From contig JAAZMP010000098.1 of NCBI GenBank assembly GCA_012798755.1, positions 12,082 through 76,081 of the forward strand: DNA of 64,000 nt, written 5' to 3'. A model generated the notes under the pieces. That model searched no databases. It saw only the letters and a program-made list of their open reading frames with translations, and was not told the origin of the DNA. The translations under genes were made by a program, and so were the position numbers. Below, one piece after another: positions 1-9,849 of the stretch. The stretch's first letter is position 1; each line of letters starts with the position of its first letter. The DNA is from Bacillota bacterium (GTDB lineage: Bacteria; Bacillota; Dethiobacteria; DTU022; UBA8154).

Positions 1-385
1 GCAAAGAGCCCGGCTCGTCCCGTTACTTGGCCAGGTGAATGCTGGAATACCCGTGCTGGCGGAAGAAAATGTCGAAAACTATCTTATTTTACCGGACGAA
101 ATGATAAGTGGCGACAATCTGTTTTTGTTACGTGTTAAAGGTAACAGCATGAAAGAAGCAGGCATTTTTCAAGATGATTTAGTCATTGTTAGGCAACAGC
201 CGACCGCAGAAAATGGGGAAATAGTTGTTGCACTCATTGGAGATGAAGCAACAGTGAAACGTTTTTTCCGGGAAGCTGATCACATTAGGCTCCAACCTGA
301 AAACCCGGATTTTGAACCAATACTTGTACAGAATAATATTCACATTTTAGGGAAAGTAACCGGCCTTCTGAGAAATTTTAAGTAA
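1..385 (+). CDS. lexA: LexA repressor, C-terminal part (the 5' end lies left of the window)
   Basis: The frame is open from nt 2 (QRARLVPLLGQVNAGIPVLAEEN...). It has the Ala-Gly autocleavage site (VNAGIP) and the S24 peptidase Ser (KGNSM) and Lys (TVKRF). The track start at 35 is an internal GTG. Confidence 0.9.
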   Translation, partial: QRARLVPLLGQVNAGIPVLAEENVENYLILPDEMISGDNLFLLRVKGNSMKEAGIFQDDLVIVRQQPTAENGEIVVALIGDEATVKRFFREADHIRLQPENPDFEPILVQNNIHILGKVTGLLRNFK

Positions 386-413
386 CTTGCAATAAAATGT
401 ATAAATACTATTA

Positions 414-446
414 AAAGGCACTTGCTCTTTTAAATCAAGTGCCTTT
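414..446. terminator. Bidirectional hairpin between convergent lexA and hfq
   Basis: AAAGGCACTTG-N11-CAAGTGCCTTT is a perfect 11-bp stem with T-rich flanks on both strands. Confidence 0.6.
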
Positions 447-474
447 AGATATTTCTTATAAGGTAAAAAGTATT

Positions 475-717
475 TTAACTCTGCTCTGCAGGTGTGAGGC
501 TGATACCAATATTCCGGAACGGTATAATTGTTGAAACAGCATGTTTGTAAACGAGCTGTTGTTTTCCATCCACGTCCAGAAGCACTGTAAAATTATCGAA
601 GCTGCGAATGCTTCCTTTAATCTGGTATCCATTCACTAGAAAAACTGTTGTCAGGATGTTTTCTTTGCGGAGTTGGTTTAAAAAATTATCTTGAAGATTA
701 AAAGAGCCTTTCGACAC
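475..717 (-). CDS. hfq: RNA chaperone Hfq
   Basis: Sm fold motifs are present ([37 protein letters not shown]). I chose the GTG start at 717, preceded by AAGGAGGAG at good spacing. The longer track ORF (to 768) lacks an SD. Confidence 0.9.
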   Translation of the reverse strand: MSKGSFNLQDNFLNQLRKENILTTVFLVNGYQIKGSIRSFDNFTVLLDVDGKQQLVYKHAVSTIIPFRNIGISLTPAEQS

Positions 718-761
718 TGATATCTCCTCCTTTATTGTTGAATACTCTATTCGGTAAAAGC

Positions 762-1733
762 TTAGCAATATCCTTCTATTTTATAACAAATATTATCCAA
801 AATTGGGTCTACTTTCATATCATTTGGCTTTCGTTCATACCATGAAATTCTGCTATCCGGGCGGAACCAAGTCAACTGCCTTTTTGCGTATCGCCTTGTA
901 TCTCTTTTTAAAGTAGTAACAGCAGTTTCCCAATCATGTTCTCCTTTAAGAAATCTTGCAAAATGAGAATAGCCAAGGGATTGCATCGATTTTAAAGTGG
1001 TTTTATACCCTTTTTCCAGCAATCCTTCAACTTCCTGCAACAATCCTTTCTTTATCATTAAATCTACTCTGCGGTTAATTTTTTCGTAGAGATTTTTTTT
1101 ATTCATAGTTAAACCAATCATAATTAGTTTATAATTGCTTTGTTTTTTTTTAGTATGTTTCCATTGTGTAGATATAGGTTCTCCTGTCGAATGGAAAAAT
1201 TCCAGCGCTCTTATTACCCTTCTAGAATCATTGGGATGCACTCTCTTTGCGGCCGCAGGATCAATAGTTTGAAGCAATCGGTAAAGATGTTCCTTTCCTT
1301 TCAGCTCAAGTTTCTTTTGCAGGCGTTTTCTAACTGAAACATTCGCTTTGCCACCGCGAAATGTATACTGATCGATGACTGCCTTTATGTACAAACCGGT
1401 TCCCCCCGTCAGTATAGGAAGTTTGCCTTTGTTATGGATTTTGTTAATATGATTTTGTGCTTTTTTTTGGTAATCATAAACGGTAAAATTTATGTCTGGT
1501 TTGACAATATCGATCATATGATGTGGTACGCCCTTCCTTTCTTCTATTGTCGGCTTAGCTGTCCCAATGTCCATATAGCGGTAAACTTGGACGGAATCAG
1601 CCGAAATTATTTCCCCTCCTAATTTGCGGGCCAGCTCAATGGCTGTTTCAGTTTTACCAACTGCCGTAGGCCCCACAACACAAAGAAGAGGAATCAAGTT
1701 TTGTTCGGAAAAATTTTCTGCAGCGTCTTTCAC
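762..1733 (-). CDS. miaA: tRNA dimethylallyltransferase MiaA
   Basis: It has the P-loop [10 protein letters not shown] and MiaA-typical [19 protein letters not shown] prefer the GTG at 1733, 1 nt after the mutL stop, with a GGCGGGG SD-like stretch upstream. The track TTG at 1763 overlaps mutL by 29 nt, and a TTG giving MIPLL is also possible. Confidence 0.85.
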   Translation of the reverse strand: MKDAAENFSEQNLIPLLCVVGPTAVGKTETAIELARKLGGEIISADSVQVYRYMDIGTAKPTIEERKGVPHHMIDIVKPDINFTVYDYQKKAQNHINKIHNKGKLPILTGGTGLYIKAVIDQYTFRGGKANVSVRKRLQKKLELKGKEHLYRLLQTIDPAAAKRVHPNDSRRVIRALEFFHSTGEPISTQWKHTKKKQSNYKLIMIGLTMNKKNLYEKINRRVDLMIKKGLLQEVEGLLEKGYKTTLKSMQSLGYSHFARFLKGEHDWETAVTTLKRDTRRYAKRQLTWFRPDSRISWYERKPNDMKVDPILDNICYKIEGYC

Positions 1734-1734
1734 T

Positions 1735-3549
1735 TTAACCCCGCCTTTTGAAATGCTTTTCAATTTCTGATTTTTTTAGTTTTACGGCAACAGGCCGTCC
1801 ATGCGGACAAAAATAAGGATTATCACACTTGTTAAGCTGAATCAACAGAGATTTGATTTCATCTATAGCCAGGTTTTTGTTAGCTTTAATTGCCGCTTTA
1901 CAGGAAATCCTTAATAATGTATCTTTTTCAAAATCTTTACTGGTTAAAGCCGTGCCGGATGCTTCCTCCAAAATATCACGTAATATTTCGGCAGTAAAAA
2001 TATTTTTTAGAAAAAAAGGTACTGTTCTAATAATAAAAGTATTATTTCCAAATTGCTCCACTTCTAACCCTAGGCTTTGTAGTAGTTTCAGTTCTTTTTC
2101 TTTTATTGTTTCGGCAATCGTTAATGGTAGTTCAACGGGTGTGGGAAGGATTTCCTGAACGTATTTTCCTTTTTTATTTTCTTTTAATTTAATTTTTTCC
2201 CATAGTATTCTCTCATGGGCGGCATGTTGATCAAGCAAGATCAGGTCATCATCTTTTTGCATAATTATATAAGTTGAAAAAACTTGTCCTATTACAGAAC
2301 CATTAAATATCTTTCCCGTAAAAAGTTCTGTTTTAACATTACTGCCGGTAATTATATTATCCTCAAAATTGCTTTTGTGTTCTGCAATTCGGATCTGCAT
2401 GTTATCTTCATGGTGATTTTCATAGCTATGGTCATAAATTTGATCATATTTTGGGGGCGCTTTCAGATCATCTTTTAAGTCATAATTATATACGTTCTTC
2501 TTTTTATCCATTGGTAACATAGAATCCTTTCTGTGTTTTGCCTCATGGATAAAATATTTAGGACTAAAAGCTGTTTTAAGATTTTGTTCTAAAAAACTCC
2601 GCATCTGGTTTTCCCGATGGAATCTTACTTCTGTTTTGGAAGGATGCACATTTACATCCAGGTTTCCGGGAGGCAATGTAAGGTGTAAAAATGCTGCAGG
2701 ATATCTTTTTGAAGTTACAATGCTGGCAAAGCTTCTGTCAAGTGCTTCCCTGATAAGTTGGCTGCGTACATAGCGGCCGTTTATGTAAAATATTTGATAA
2801 TGCCTGCTATTACGAGAGAAATTTGGGTTGCTGACATATCCATTTAAAGTAACATCTTCAGATTCAAAACTTATAGGAACCAGTTCGCGAGCAAAGTCAC
2901 TGCCAAATATTTTTGTAATAACACTCAACAAGTTGCCATCGCCGGGTATTTCAAGCAGCACCTCATTTTTCCTCAACAGTAAAAATGATACATCGGGCCT
3001 GGAAAGAGCCAGGATATTAATAATTCTGGTCAATTTTGCTGTTTCAGAGGGGATTCCTTTTAAAAATTTTAGGCGTACAGGTGTATTATAGAACAGATCT
3101 TTCACTGTTATTTTTGTGCCCACGGGAAAACCTATCTCTTTGTTTTCTATTTCCTTTCCGCCTTCACAGAATACGTACCTGCCTACGGTTTCATCTTGAT
3201 GGCAGGTACTGACAGACATTTTGGAAACAGATGCTATACTGGGCAAAGCCTCACCGCGAAACCCCAGGGTCTGGATTTCTTGAAGATCCTTTAAAAAGGT
3301 TATTTTGCTGGTAGCGTGTCTTTCCAGCGCCAGATTTATTTGATTTGCAGGAATCCCACATCCGTCATCAACAACTGTAATTTCCTTAAGTCCACCCCTT
3401 CTGAAGGTGATTCTTATACGTTTTGCACCTGCATCCAAGGAGTTTTCCACGAGTTCCTTTACTACGGAAGAAGGGTTTTCAACAACTTCTCCAGCAGCTA
3501 TTTGTTTAGAAATAAAGGAATCTAATTTGCGGATAGGAGTAGCATGCAT
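1735..3549 (-). CDS. mutL: DNA mismatch repair protein MutL
   Basis: The N-terminus is a GHKL ATPase (IAAGEVVENPSSVVKELVENSLDAG, DDGCGI). The C-terminal dimerisation/endonuclease region contains DQHAAHERI. Confidence 0.95.
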   Translation of the reverse strand: MHATPIRKLDSFISKQIAAGEVVENPSSVVKELVENSLDAGAKRIRITFRRGGLKEITVVDDGCGIPANQINLALERHATSKITFLKDLQEIQTLGFRGEALPSIASVSKMSVSTCHQDETVGRYVFCEGGKEIENKEIGFPVGTKITVKDLFYNTPVRLKFLKGIPSETAKLTRIINILALSRPDVSFLLLRKNEVLLEIPGDGNLLSVITKIFGSDFARELVPISFESEDVTLNGYVSNPNFSRNSRHYQIFYINGRYVRSQLIREALDRSFASIVTSKRYPAAFLHLTLPPGNLDVNVHPSKTEVRFHRENQMRSFLEQNLKTAFSPKYFIHEAKHRKDSMLPMDKKKNVYNYDLKDDLKAPPKYDQIYDHSYENHHEDNMQIRIAEHKSNFEDNIITGSNVKTELFTGKIFNGSVIGQVFSTYIIMQKDDDLILLDQHAAHERILWEKIKLKENKKGKYVQEILPTPVELPLTIAETIKEKELKLLQSLGLEVEQFGNNTFIIRTVPFFLKNIFTAEILRDILEEASGTALTSKDFEKDTLLRISCKAAIKANKNLAIDEIKSLLIQLNKCDNPYFCPHGRPVAVKLKKSEIEKHFKRRG

Positions 3550-3554
3550 CCCTT

Positions 3555-6254
3555 TTAACCCCCCTTGCCTTTAGGGTTTTCTTTTGGTACTGATATTTTT
3601 GACTGCAGGAAAAATAGTTTATTAAGAGCCTCCAGGGGCGTCATATTAGCCACGTTTAATTTTTTTATTTCTTGGATAATCTCTTTTTGTTTTTTATTTA
3701 AAGAAATGTTCTCTTCAGGATCCGGCAAAAAAGATAACTGGCCTTCGGCAGCCCCTAAATTGGTATAAGAAAATGCCCCTGAAGAAATGTCTCCTTTTTC
3801 TTCGTAAAATTTCAAACCGGGTGCTTGCGATTTTTCTAGGTTGTTCAGAATATGGGAAGCCCTTTTGATAATCTTACCAGGCAAGCCGGCCAACCTGGCA
3901 ACGTTTACACCATAGCTTTTATCTGCTTTGCCGGGGATAATTTTTCTAAGAAAAATGACGTCCTCACCTTTTTCCTGTACAGAGACGGTAAAATTTTTGA
4001 CGCCGGTGAATTTTTCTTCCAATGCAGTAAGTTCATGGTAATGCGTTGAAAACAACACTTTTGCTTGAAGATCGCTATGTAGATATTCAAGAATAGCTTG
4101 TGCCAGGCTTAGACCATCATATGTGCTTGTGCCTCGTCCAATTTCATCCATAATTATCAGGCTTCCGGGGGTGGCGTTTCGTATGATTGATGCCGTTTCC
4201 TCCATCTCTACCATAAATGTACTTCTTCCACTGCTCAAATCATCGCTAGCTCCAACCCGTGCAAAAATTTGTTCTACAGGTGCAAATTCCATTTCCTCAG
4301 CAGGGACAAAACTGCCGATTTGAGCCATGATAAGCAGCAAAGCTACACTGCGGCAATAAGTACTTTTCCCGGCCATGTTAGGCCCGGTAACAATTAAAAT
4401 CCTTTGACTTTCTCCGTCCAAGTAAACGTTATTAGGTACAAAAGGATCCTCTTGGATATGTTCAACAACAGGATGGCGGCCATTTTTAATGTTAACTATG
4501 TTATTCGTAGAAAGGCGAGGCCTGGTATATCTATGTGCAGAGGCGATGTCAGCCAAAGAAAATAAACAGTCAAGATTTGCCAGTATATGCCCGGTTGACT
4601 GTATATGTTTGATGTATTGAGCCACACTTAAACGCAATTTTTCGAAAAGCCTGTATTCAAGCTGAACTAGTTTTTCTTCGGCGCCAAGAATAAGTGATTC
4701 CTTTTCCTTTAATTCCTCAGTAATATAGCGTTCACTATTAACCAAGGTTTGTTTGCGGATATATTCCTTTGGGACTAATTCCAAGTTTGCTTTAGTTACT
4801 TCTATATAATAACCAAAAATTTTGTTAAAACCAATTTTTAGTGATTTAATACCGGTACGTTCTTTTTCTTCTTTTTCCAATTCCAACAGCCAAACCTTGC
4901 TATCCTTGGATATATTTCTTAGTTCATCTATTTTTTTACAGTATCCGCTTTTAAAAATTCCTCCTTCTTTTAATAAAAAAGGTGCATCATCTTTAATGGC
5001 TGTTTCAAGTTTTTCTGCCAGAAAAGATAGGTCGGGAATTAAGTTGTTTAACTGTTTTAACAGGCCCGCATGGCAATTTTGTAACAAAAGTTTTACTTGC
5101 GGTAGAAGCAGCAGCGTTTTTTTTAATGATAACAGGTCCTTTGGGTTTACAAGGCCCATGTTTATTCTCCCGCTTAGGCGCTCCAAGTCGTAACTTTGTT
5201 TTAAAATGTTGGAAAGGTCTTCTTTTAGAAGCTGCTTCTTCTTCAATTCTTCCACTGCTTCCCAGCGGAGCTCTAAAGTTTCCTTTTCCAGCAAAGGTTT
5301 TTCTAACCATTTCCTCAACAATCTTGCTCCCATAGATGTTTTTGTTCTATCCAGTATACCTAATAAGGCATTTTTTTTGTTTCGTGAATGGAATGTTTCG
5401 AATATCTCTAAATTGCGTGCTGTTATGGCATCAAAGGTAAGATGGTCTGTACTTCGATAAAAAACAATATCGTTTATGTGGGATAAGGAAACATTTTGCA
5501 TGTTTTTGATATAATCAAGGGCGAGAGCTGCCGAAAAAAAAGCAGGTTGTACATTTGTTATTCCTGATTTTGCAATAATATCGTCAGGAAACTGTTTTTT
5601 AAGAATAAAAAGTGGTTTCTTATGATCCGGAAATGCTTCTTTTTTGGTAATAAGGAAAAAATCCTTTTGTTTTTGCAAATGCAGCCAGTATAAACTATCG
5701 TTTTCTACATTATGATCAATAATTATTTCCGGTGGTTTTAAGCAGTAAATTTTATCAATAATTTGCTCAACTGCCCTTCTTCCTTCAAAATAAAACACTT
5801 GACATTCCCCGGTGCTAATGTCAACAAATGTCAGCCCAAAGCAGTTTTTATTTTTTGTTTTACTGATGGAAGCAAGGTAATTATTGCGATCCTTTGGTAG
5901 AAGATCGTCATCTATTATTGTTCCCGGAGTTATAACACGAGTTACCTTTCTTTTAACCAACCCTTTGGCTTGACCGGCGTCTTCGATTTGTTCACAAACA
6001 GCAACTTTATAACCTTTTTCCAGCAATTTGGCAATATAGCCTGAAGCAGCATGATAAGGTACGCCGGCCAGGGGCACAGCGTTTTTTTTAGTCCCGTCTC
6101 TGCTGGTTAGAGCGATTTCAAGCTCCCGGGAAGCAACTAAAGCATCATCATAGAACATTTCATAAAAATCCCCAACTCTAAAAAATAGAATAGCATCGGG
6201 GTGTTCGTTTTTGATAGATACATATTGCTGCATCATTGGTGTTAATCCGGACAT
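3555..6254 (-). CDS. mutS: DNA mismatch repair protein MutS
   Basis: It starts MMQQY..FFRVGDFYEMF (mismatch-binding Phe motif). It also has Walker A GPNMAGKST and STFMVEM, DEIGRGTSTYDG. Confidence 0.95.
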   Translation of the reverse strand: MSGLTPMMQQYVSIKNEHPDAILFFRVGDFYEMFYDDALVASRELEIALTSRDGTKKNAVPLAGVPYHAASGYIAKLLEKGYKVAVCEQIEDAGQAKGLVKRKVTRVITPGTIIDDDLLPKDRNNYLASISKTKNKNCFGLTFVDISTGECQVFYFEGRRAVEQIIDKIYCLKPPEIIIDHNVENDSLYWLHLQKQKDFFLITKKEAFPDHKKPLFILKKQFPDDIIAKSGITNVQPAFFSAALALDYIKNMQNVSLSHINDIVFYRSTDHLTFDAITARNLEIFETFHSRNKKNALLGILDRTKTSMGARLLRKWLEKPLLEKETLELRWEAVEELKKKQLLKEDLSNILKQSYDLERLSGRINMGLVNPKDLLSLKKTLLLLPQVKLLLQNCHAGLLKQLNNLIPDLSFLAEKLETAIKDDAPFLLKEGGIFKSGYCKKIDELRNISKDSKVWLLELEKEEKERTGIKSLKIGFNKIFGYYIEVTKANLELVPKEYIRKQTLVNSERYITEELKEKESLILGAEEKLVQLEYRLFEKLRLSVAQYIKHIQSTGHILANLDCLFSLADIASAHRYTRPRLSTNNIVNIKNGRHPVVEHIQEDPFVPNNVYLDGESQRILIVTGPNMAGKSTYCRSVALLLIMAQIGSFVPAEEMEFAPVEQIFARVGASDDLSSGRSTFMVEMEETASIIRNATPGSLIIMDEIGRGTSTYDGLSLAQAILEYLHSDLQAKVLFSTHYHELTALEEKFTGVKNFTVSVQEKGEDVIFLRKIIPGKADKSYGVNVARLAGLPGKIIKRASHILNNLEKSQAPGLKFYEEKGDISSGAFSYTNLGAAEGQLSFLPDPEENISLNKKQKEIIQEIKKLNVANMTPLEALNKLFFLQSKISVPKENPKGKGG

Positions 6255-6280
6255 AATTTCACCTCTTTTTTGGTATGAAG

Positions 6281-7615
6281 TTAAATTATGTGTTTAAGAT
6301 TTCCCGCCAAAGTCCAGGATTTTGTTTCCGTTATTTCAACATTGACAAATTTTCCTATCAAATTTTTATCAGCAGACAGATGTACAATTTTATTCGTTCT
6401 TGTTCTACCGGTAAAAACAGAAGGATCTGTTTTGCTTTTACCTTCAACTAGAATTTGCTGCTCAGTCCCAAGAAGAAGTTTATTAATTTCCATACTTATT
6501 TTGTTTTGTATTTCATTAAGTAGAACAATTCTTCTCTTTTTTATATTTTCAGGAACCTGCTTTTTCATTTTTGCAGCTTTGGTTCCTTTCCGGGGAGAAT
6601 AAACAAAAATATAAGCCGCGTCGAATCTGATTTTTTCCAGCATATCAAGTGTATCTTCAAAGTCCTTTTTTGTTTCCCCGGGAAAGCCGACAATTATATC
6701 TGTTGTGATTGAATTGTTTGCCACTTGATTCCTGATTTTTTCTATTAATTCCAAATAATATTCCCTGGTATACCCGCGGTTCATTAAATCAAGTATGTTA
6801 TTGCTTCCGGATTGCAAAGGCAGATGAAAATGTTCACATATTTTTTGCCCCTGTTGTATTATACTGATTATGTCGTCAGAGAAATCTCGAGGGTGGGAGG
6901 TCAAATACCTTATAAGAAATTGACCTTCAAGGCGGTCCAAAAGGTTCAGAAGCTCCGCAAAGTTAATATTTTGTTTCAATCCCTTACCATATGAATTAAC
7001 GTTTTGCCCTAGTAAAGTGATTTCTTTGTATCCTTTAACAATCAATCCTTTTACTTCGTTGATGATATTTTGGGGGAGCCTGCTCTTTTCCAGCCCCCTT
7101 ACATGAGGTACTATACAGTAAGAACAAAAATTGTTGCAACCGTATGTTACAGGCACCCAGGCTTTGATATTGTGACCTCGTTTTATAGGAAGTTCTTCCT
7201 TTTCTTCTTCTGTTTCCAAGTCAAAAACTGTTTTGGGTGAAAGGCGAGCCTTTTCCAGCAATTCGGGGAAACGTTTCAATGAATGGGTCCCGGCAGCCAA
7301 ATCTACAAATCCAAATTTATTTTTAATTCTGCGAATAACATTTTCCTGCTGTACCATGCAGCCCCATAAAACCAAATTCATTTCAGGTTTTGCAATTTTA
7401 AGGGAGCGTAACCGGCCTAATTTGCTGAAAACTTTCTCCTCGGCCTTTTCTCTTACGGCGCATGTGTTAATAATTAAAACATCAGCATCCTCTTCTTCTT
7501 CCGTGAAAGTATAGTTCATGTTCTCTAAATACCCGGCGAGAATTTCGGAATCGTACACGTTCATTTGACAGCCATAAGTTGAAATGTGGTATTTTTTAGA
7601 TCTATATTTACTCAT
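6281..7615 (-). CDS. miaB: tRNA-2-methylthio-N6-dimethylallyladenosine synthase MiaB (radical SAM methylthiotransferase)
   Basis: It has the UPF0004 N-domain (YHISTYGCQMN), the radical SAM CNNFCSYC motif and a C-terminal TRAM domain. The ATG at 7615 is preceded by AGGAGAA. A TATAAT at 7662-7667 sits inside the longer track ORF, so I reject that longer ORF. Confidence 0.9.
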   Translation of the reverse strand: MSKYRSKKYHISTYGCQMNVYDSEILAGYLENMNYTFTEEEEDADVLIINTCAVREKAEEKVFSKLGRLRSLKIAKPEMNLVLWGCMVQQENVIRRIKNKFGFVDLAAGTHSLKRFPELLEKARLSPKTVFDLETEEEKEELPIKRGHNIKAWVPVTYGCNNFCSYCIVPHVRGLEKSRLPQNIINEVKGLIVKGYKEITLLGQNVNSYGKGLKQNINFAELLNLLDRLEGQFLIRYLTSHPRDFSDDIISIIQQGQKICEHFHLPLQSGSNNILDLMNRGYTREYYLELIEKIRNQVANNSITTDIIVGFPGETKKDFEDTLDMLEKIRFDAAYIFVYSPRKGTKAAKMKKQVPENIKKRRIVLLNEIQNKISMEINKLLLGTEQQILVEGKSKTDPSVFTGRTRTNKIVHLSADKNLIGKFVNVEITETKSWTLAGNLKHII

Positions 7616-7721
7616 TAATAGAAGTTCTCCTATTTTGTAATACATTTTTGGCCACATTGTAATTATAGTCTTTAATACAACAAAAGTCGAATTATGCGCT
7701 TGCCCGGGAAATAAAAATATT

Positions 7722-7754
7722 AAAAAAACCCCCTACTGCTTTACAGCAAAGGGG
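7722..7754 (-). terminator. Rho-independent terminator after the 77-aa zinc-ribbon gene
   Basis: The minus strand reads CCCCTTTGCTGTAAAGCAGTAGGGGG followed by TTTTTTT. Confidence 0.6.
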
Positions 7755-7789
7755 TGTTTAGATTTTTGTAATTTTAAAGAATGAAAAGG

Positions 7790-8023
7790 TTATTTTTTAT
7801 GGGTTATCTCATATTCCAGATCTTCAAGCTTGTGCATAACAGTGTCCACTTTTTCTTCCAGCTCATGAATTAGGGTGCTCAGATTAAAGTAGTCCATAGA
7901 TCCGACAACGGTACCACAAGATTTGCATTGTACAAACATTATCTTAAATCTCCAGTTCTTCGGCTCTGCTTCTGCCATTTCGAAAGTGTGGTTCCCACAT
8001 TTAGGACATGATGACAAGGCCAT
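7790..8023 (-). CDS. Small zinc-ribbon protein with an acidic coiled-coil tail (function unknown)
   Basis: Two CxxC pairs are present (CPKCG ... CKSCG), followed by LIHELEEKVDTVMHKLEDLEYE. It has a GGGGGAG SD 9 nt upstream of its ATG and its own terminator. Confidence 0.6.
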   Translation of the reverse strand: MALSSCPKCGNHTFEMAEAEPKNWRFKIMFVQCKSCGTVVGSMDYFNLSTLIHELEEKVDTVMHKLEDLEYEITHKK

Positions 8024-8154
8024 GCTGGTCAGCTCCCCCTACAATTTTAATTAAGGGTTTCGACAAAAAAATTATATCTCCTTTATTTTTGTAAAACTTT
8101 AACGTCATTTTTAAGATCCATTGTTTCGTTTTTGGTATTATGAAAGCAAAATAA

Positions 8155-8628
8155 TCACCGGAAATCAAAATATCTTTTTCGTCGTTTGACGGTCAGATTG
8201 CTCAACCAGGCAATAACTATAAATGCAATCAGTTTGTAGGAGAAACTATAGAATGTGGACCATTGCAAATAGACAATGTATTCTTGCTCTACAGCAAAGA
8301 TTTCTAAGGCAGTAAAAATTAAACTAAAAAGGATTAGATACGGTAATTGCCATAGTTTTTCTTCGGGTAAGAAGCAAATTATGATTATTCCAATTCCCCC
8401 CAAGCCTATCAAATAGCCCAGGGGAATGTTATGAAATGGGTAGAGTGATTCGTGGAAAGCATAAAATCCATAGGTTATAAAGGTATCATTAAGGAAATAT
8501 CCGACTACCACAGCCCAAATAGCGGCACTCCAATGTTTACCAACTTGCGAACGCAAAAATACAATTATGAATAACCACAGCACCGCTGCGGAAATAATCC
8601 AGGGCAATTTAGACCCCCCTATTTCCAA
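8155..8628 (-). CDS. Polytopic membrane protein (about 5 TM helices), function unknown
   Basis: It is hydrophobic throughout and ends in a basic KRRKRYFDFR tail. An alternative TTG start at 8607 has a better SD (GGGGGG plus 6 nt). Confidence 0.55.
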   Translation of the reverse strand: MEIGGSKLPWIISAAVLWLFIIVFLRSQVGKHWSAAIWAVVVGYFLNDTFITYGFYAFHESLYPFHNIPLGYLIGLGGIGIIIICFLPEEKLWQLPYLILFSLIFTALEIFAVEQEYIVYLQWSTFYSFSYKLIAFIVIAWLSNLTVKRRKRYFDFR

Positions 8629-8631
8629 CGA

Positions 8632-9792
8632 TTATTTTCCCATTTGTTCATGCATAAAATCTTCATAAATGTAGACGAGTTCTTTATCGAACAAAGGCCT
8701 TTTTACTTCTATAGTGGAACGACGTATGGCCGGCAACAGCCGTGAGGCCTCTTCTTCAGTAAGGTTGATACCGTACTCCCTGAATTTAAGCATGAGGGCG
8801 TTTGAACCGGAATGTTTGCCGATGACAATCTGTCTTTGCAGCCCAACATCTTCAGGGCTGAACACTTCATATGTTCCAGGAAATTTTATTACACCGTCTG
8901 CGTGGATCCCTGATTCATGGCGAAACATATTATCTCCAACGATAGCTTTCCCGGGGGGTAAGGCTCTGTCAGAAGCTCTTGCTACATACTCAGATAGTTC
9001 TCTGAACATTTGTATCCGAATATCATAATTTTTGTTATAGATATATTTTAGAGCCATGATTACTTCCTCCAGGGCGGCGTTCCCTGCTCTTTCACCCAAC
9101 CCGTTTACCGTAACGCCAATATACCGCGCTCCGGCCTTTACCCCTGCCAGAGCATTAGCGGTAGCCATACCGAAATCATCATGGGTATGCATTTCAATGT
9201 CCATGCCAGTTTTTTTAATTAGTTCAGATACGATATCGTAGGTCTTAAAGGGTTCTAAAACCCCAACAGTATCGCAATAACGAAGTCTATCCGCCCCGGC
9301 TTTTTTAGCAGCCAGAGCGAATTCAATCAAAAACGGAGTTTCTGTTCTGGAGGCATCTTCAGCATTGACAGAGATATAAACACCATGTTGTTTGGCATAC
9401 TTTGTTGCTTTGACCATGCTTTCCAAAACCTGTTCCCTGGTGCTGTTTAATTTATGTTTGATATGAATGTCAGATGTTGAAATAGAAATGGCAACAGCGT
9501 CCACCCCGCAATCTAAAGAATGTTTTATATCACCGATGTGGGCCCTGTTCCAAGCCATGATGCTGCAGTTTAACCCCATAGAGGCAATTTTTTTAATTAC
9601 AGTCTTTTCAGCCCCCCCCATTACGGGAACGCCGACTTCGATCTGGTGGATACCTACTTCATCAAGCATTTTGGCGATTCGTATTTTTTCTTGATTTGAA
9701 AACACTACACCAGCTGTTTGTTCACCGTCTCTTAAAGTTGTGTCAACGATAATAATGTCTTTGTTTTTTAAGCCTTTCGAAAACCTGTTCAT
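8632..9792 (-). CDS. Homocitrate / citramalate synthase family enzyme (NifV/AksA-like, short form without the LeuA regulatory domain)
   Basis: It has DRE-TIM HMGL-like motifs (DTTLRDGEQ, HTHDDFGMATAN, and the H.H metal site in ESGIHADG). At 386 aa it has no LeuA_dimer tail. Confidence 0.8.
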   Translation of the reverse strand: MNRFSKGLKNKDIIIVDTTLRDGEQTAGVVFSNQEKIRIAKMLDEVGIHQIEVGVPVMGGAEKTVIKKIASMGLNCSIMAWNRAHIGDIKHSLDCGVDAVAISISTSDIHIKHKLNSTREQVLESMVKATKYAKQHGVYISVNAEDASRTETPFLIEFALAAKKAGADRLRYCDTVGVLEPFKTYDIVSELIKKTGMDIEMHTHDDFGMATANALAGVKAGARYIGVTVNGLGERAGNAALEEVIMALKYIYNKNYDIRIQMFRELSEYVARASDRALPPGKAIVGDNMFRHESGIHADGVIKFPGTYEVFSPEDVGLQRQIVIGKHSGSNALMLKFREYGINLTEEEASRLLPAIRRSTIEVKRPLFDKELVYIYEDFMHEQMGK

Positions 9793-9798
9793 AATACT

Positions 9799-9828
9799 TT
9801 CCTGTAAAAAAACAGGAACACCTCCTTT
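9799..9828 (-). promoter_or_regulatory. Displaced strong SD plus hairpin in front of the NifV-like gene
   Basis: The minus strand reads AAAGGAGGTG, then the hairpin TTCCTGT-TTTTTT-ACAGGAA, then AGTATT-ATG. The SD core ends 26 nt from the ATG, or 6 nt if the hairpin stacks out. Confidence 0.4.
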
Positions 9829-9849
9829 ACCCTTTATTGATTATATTCT

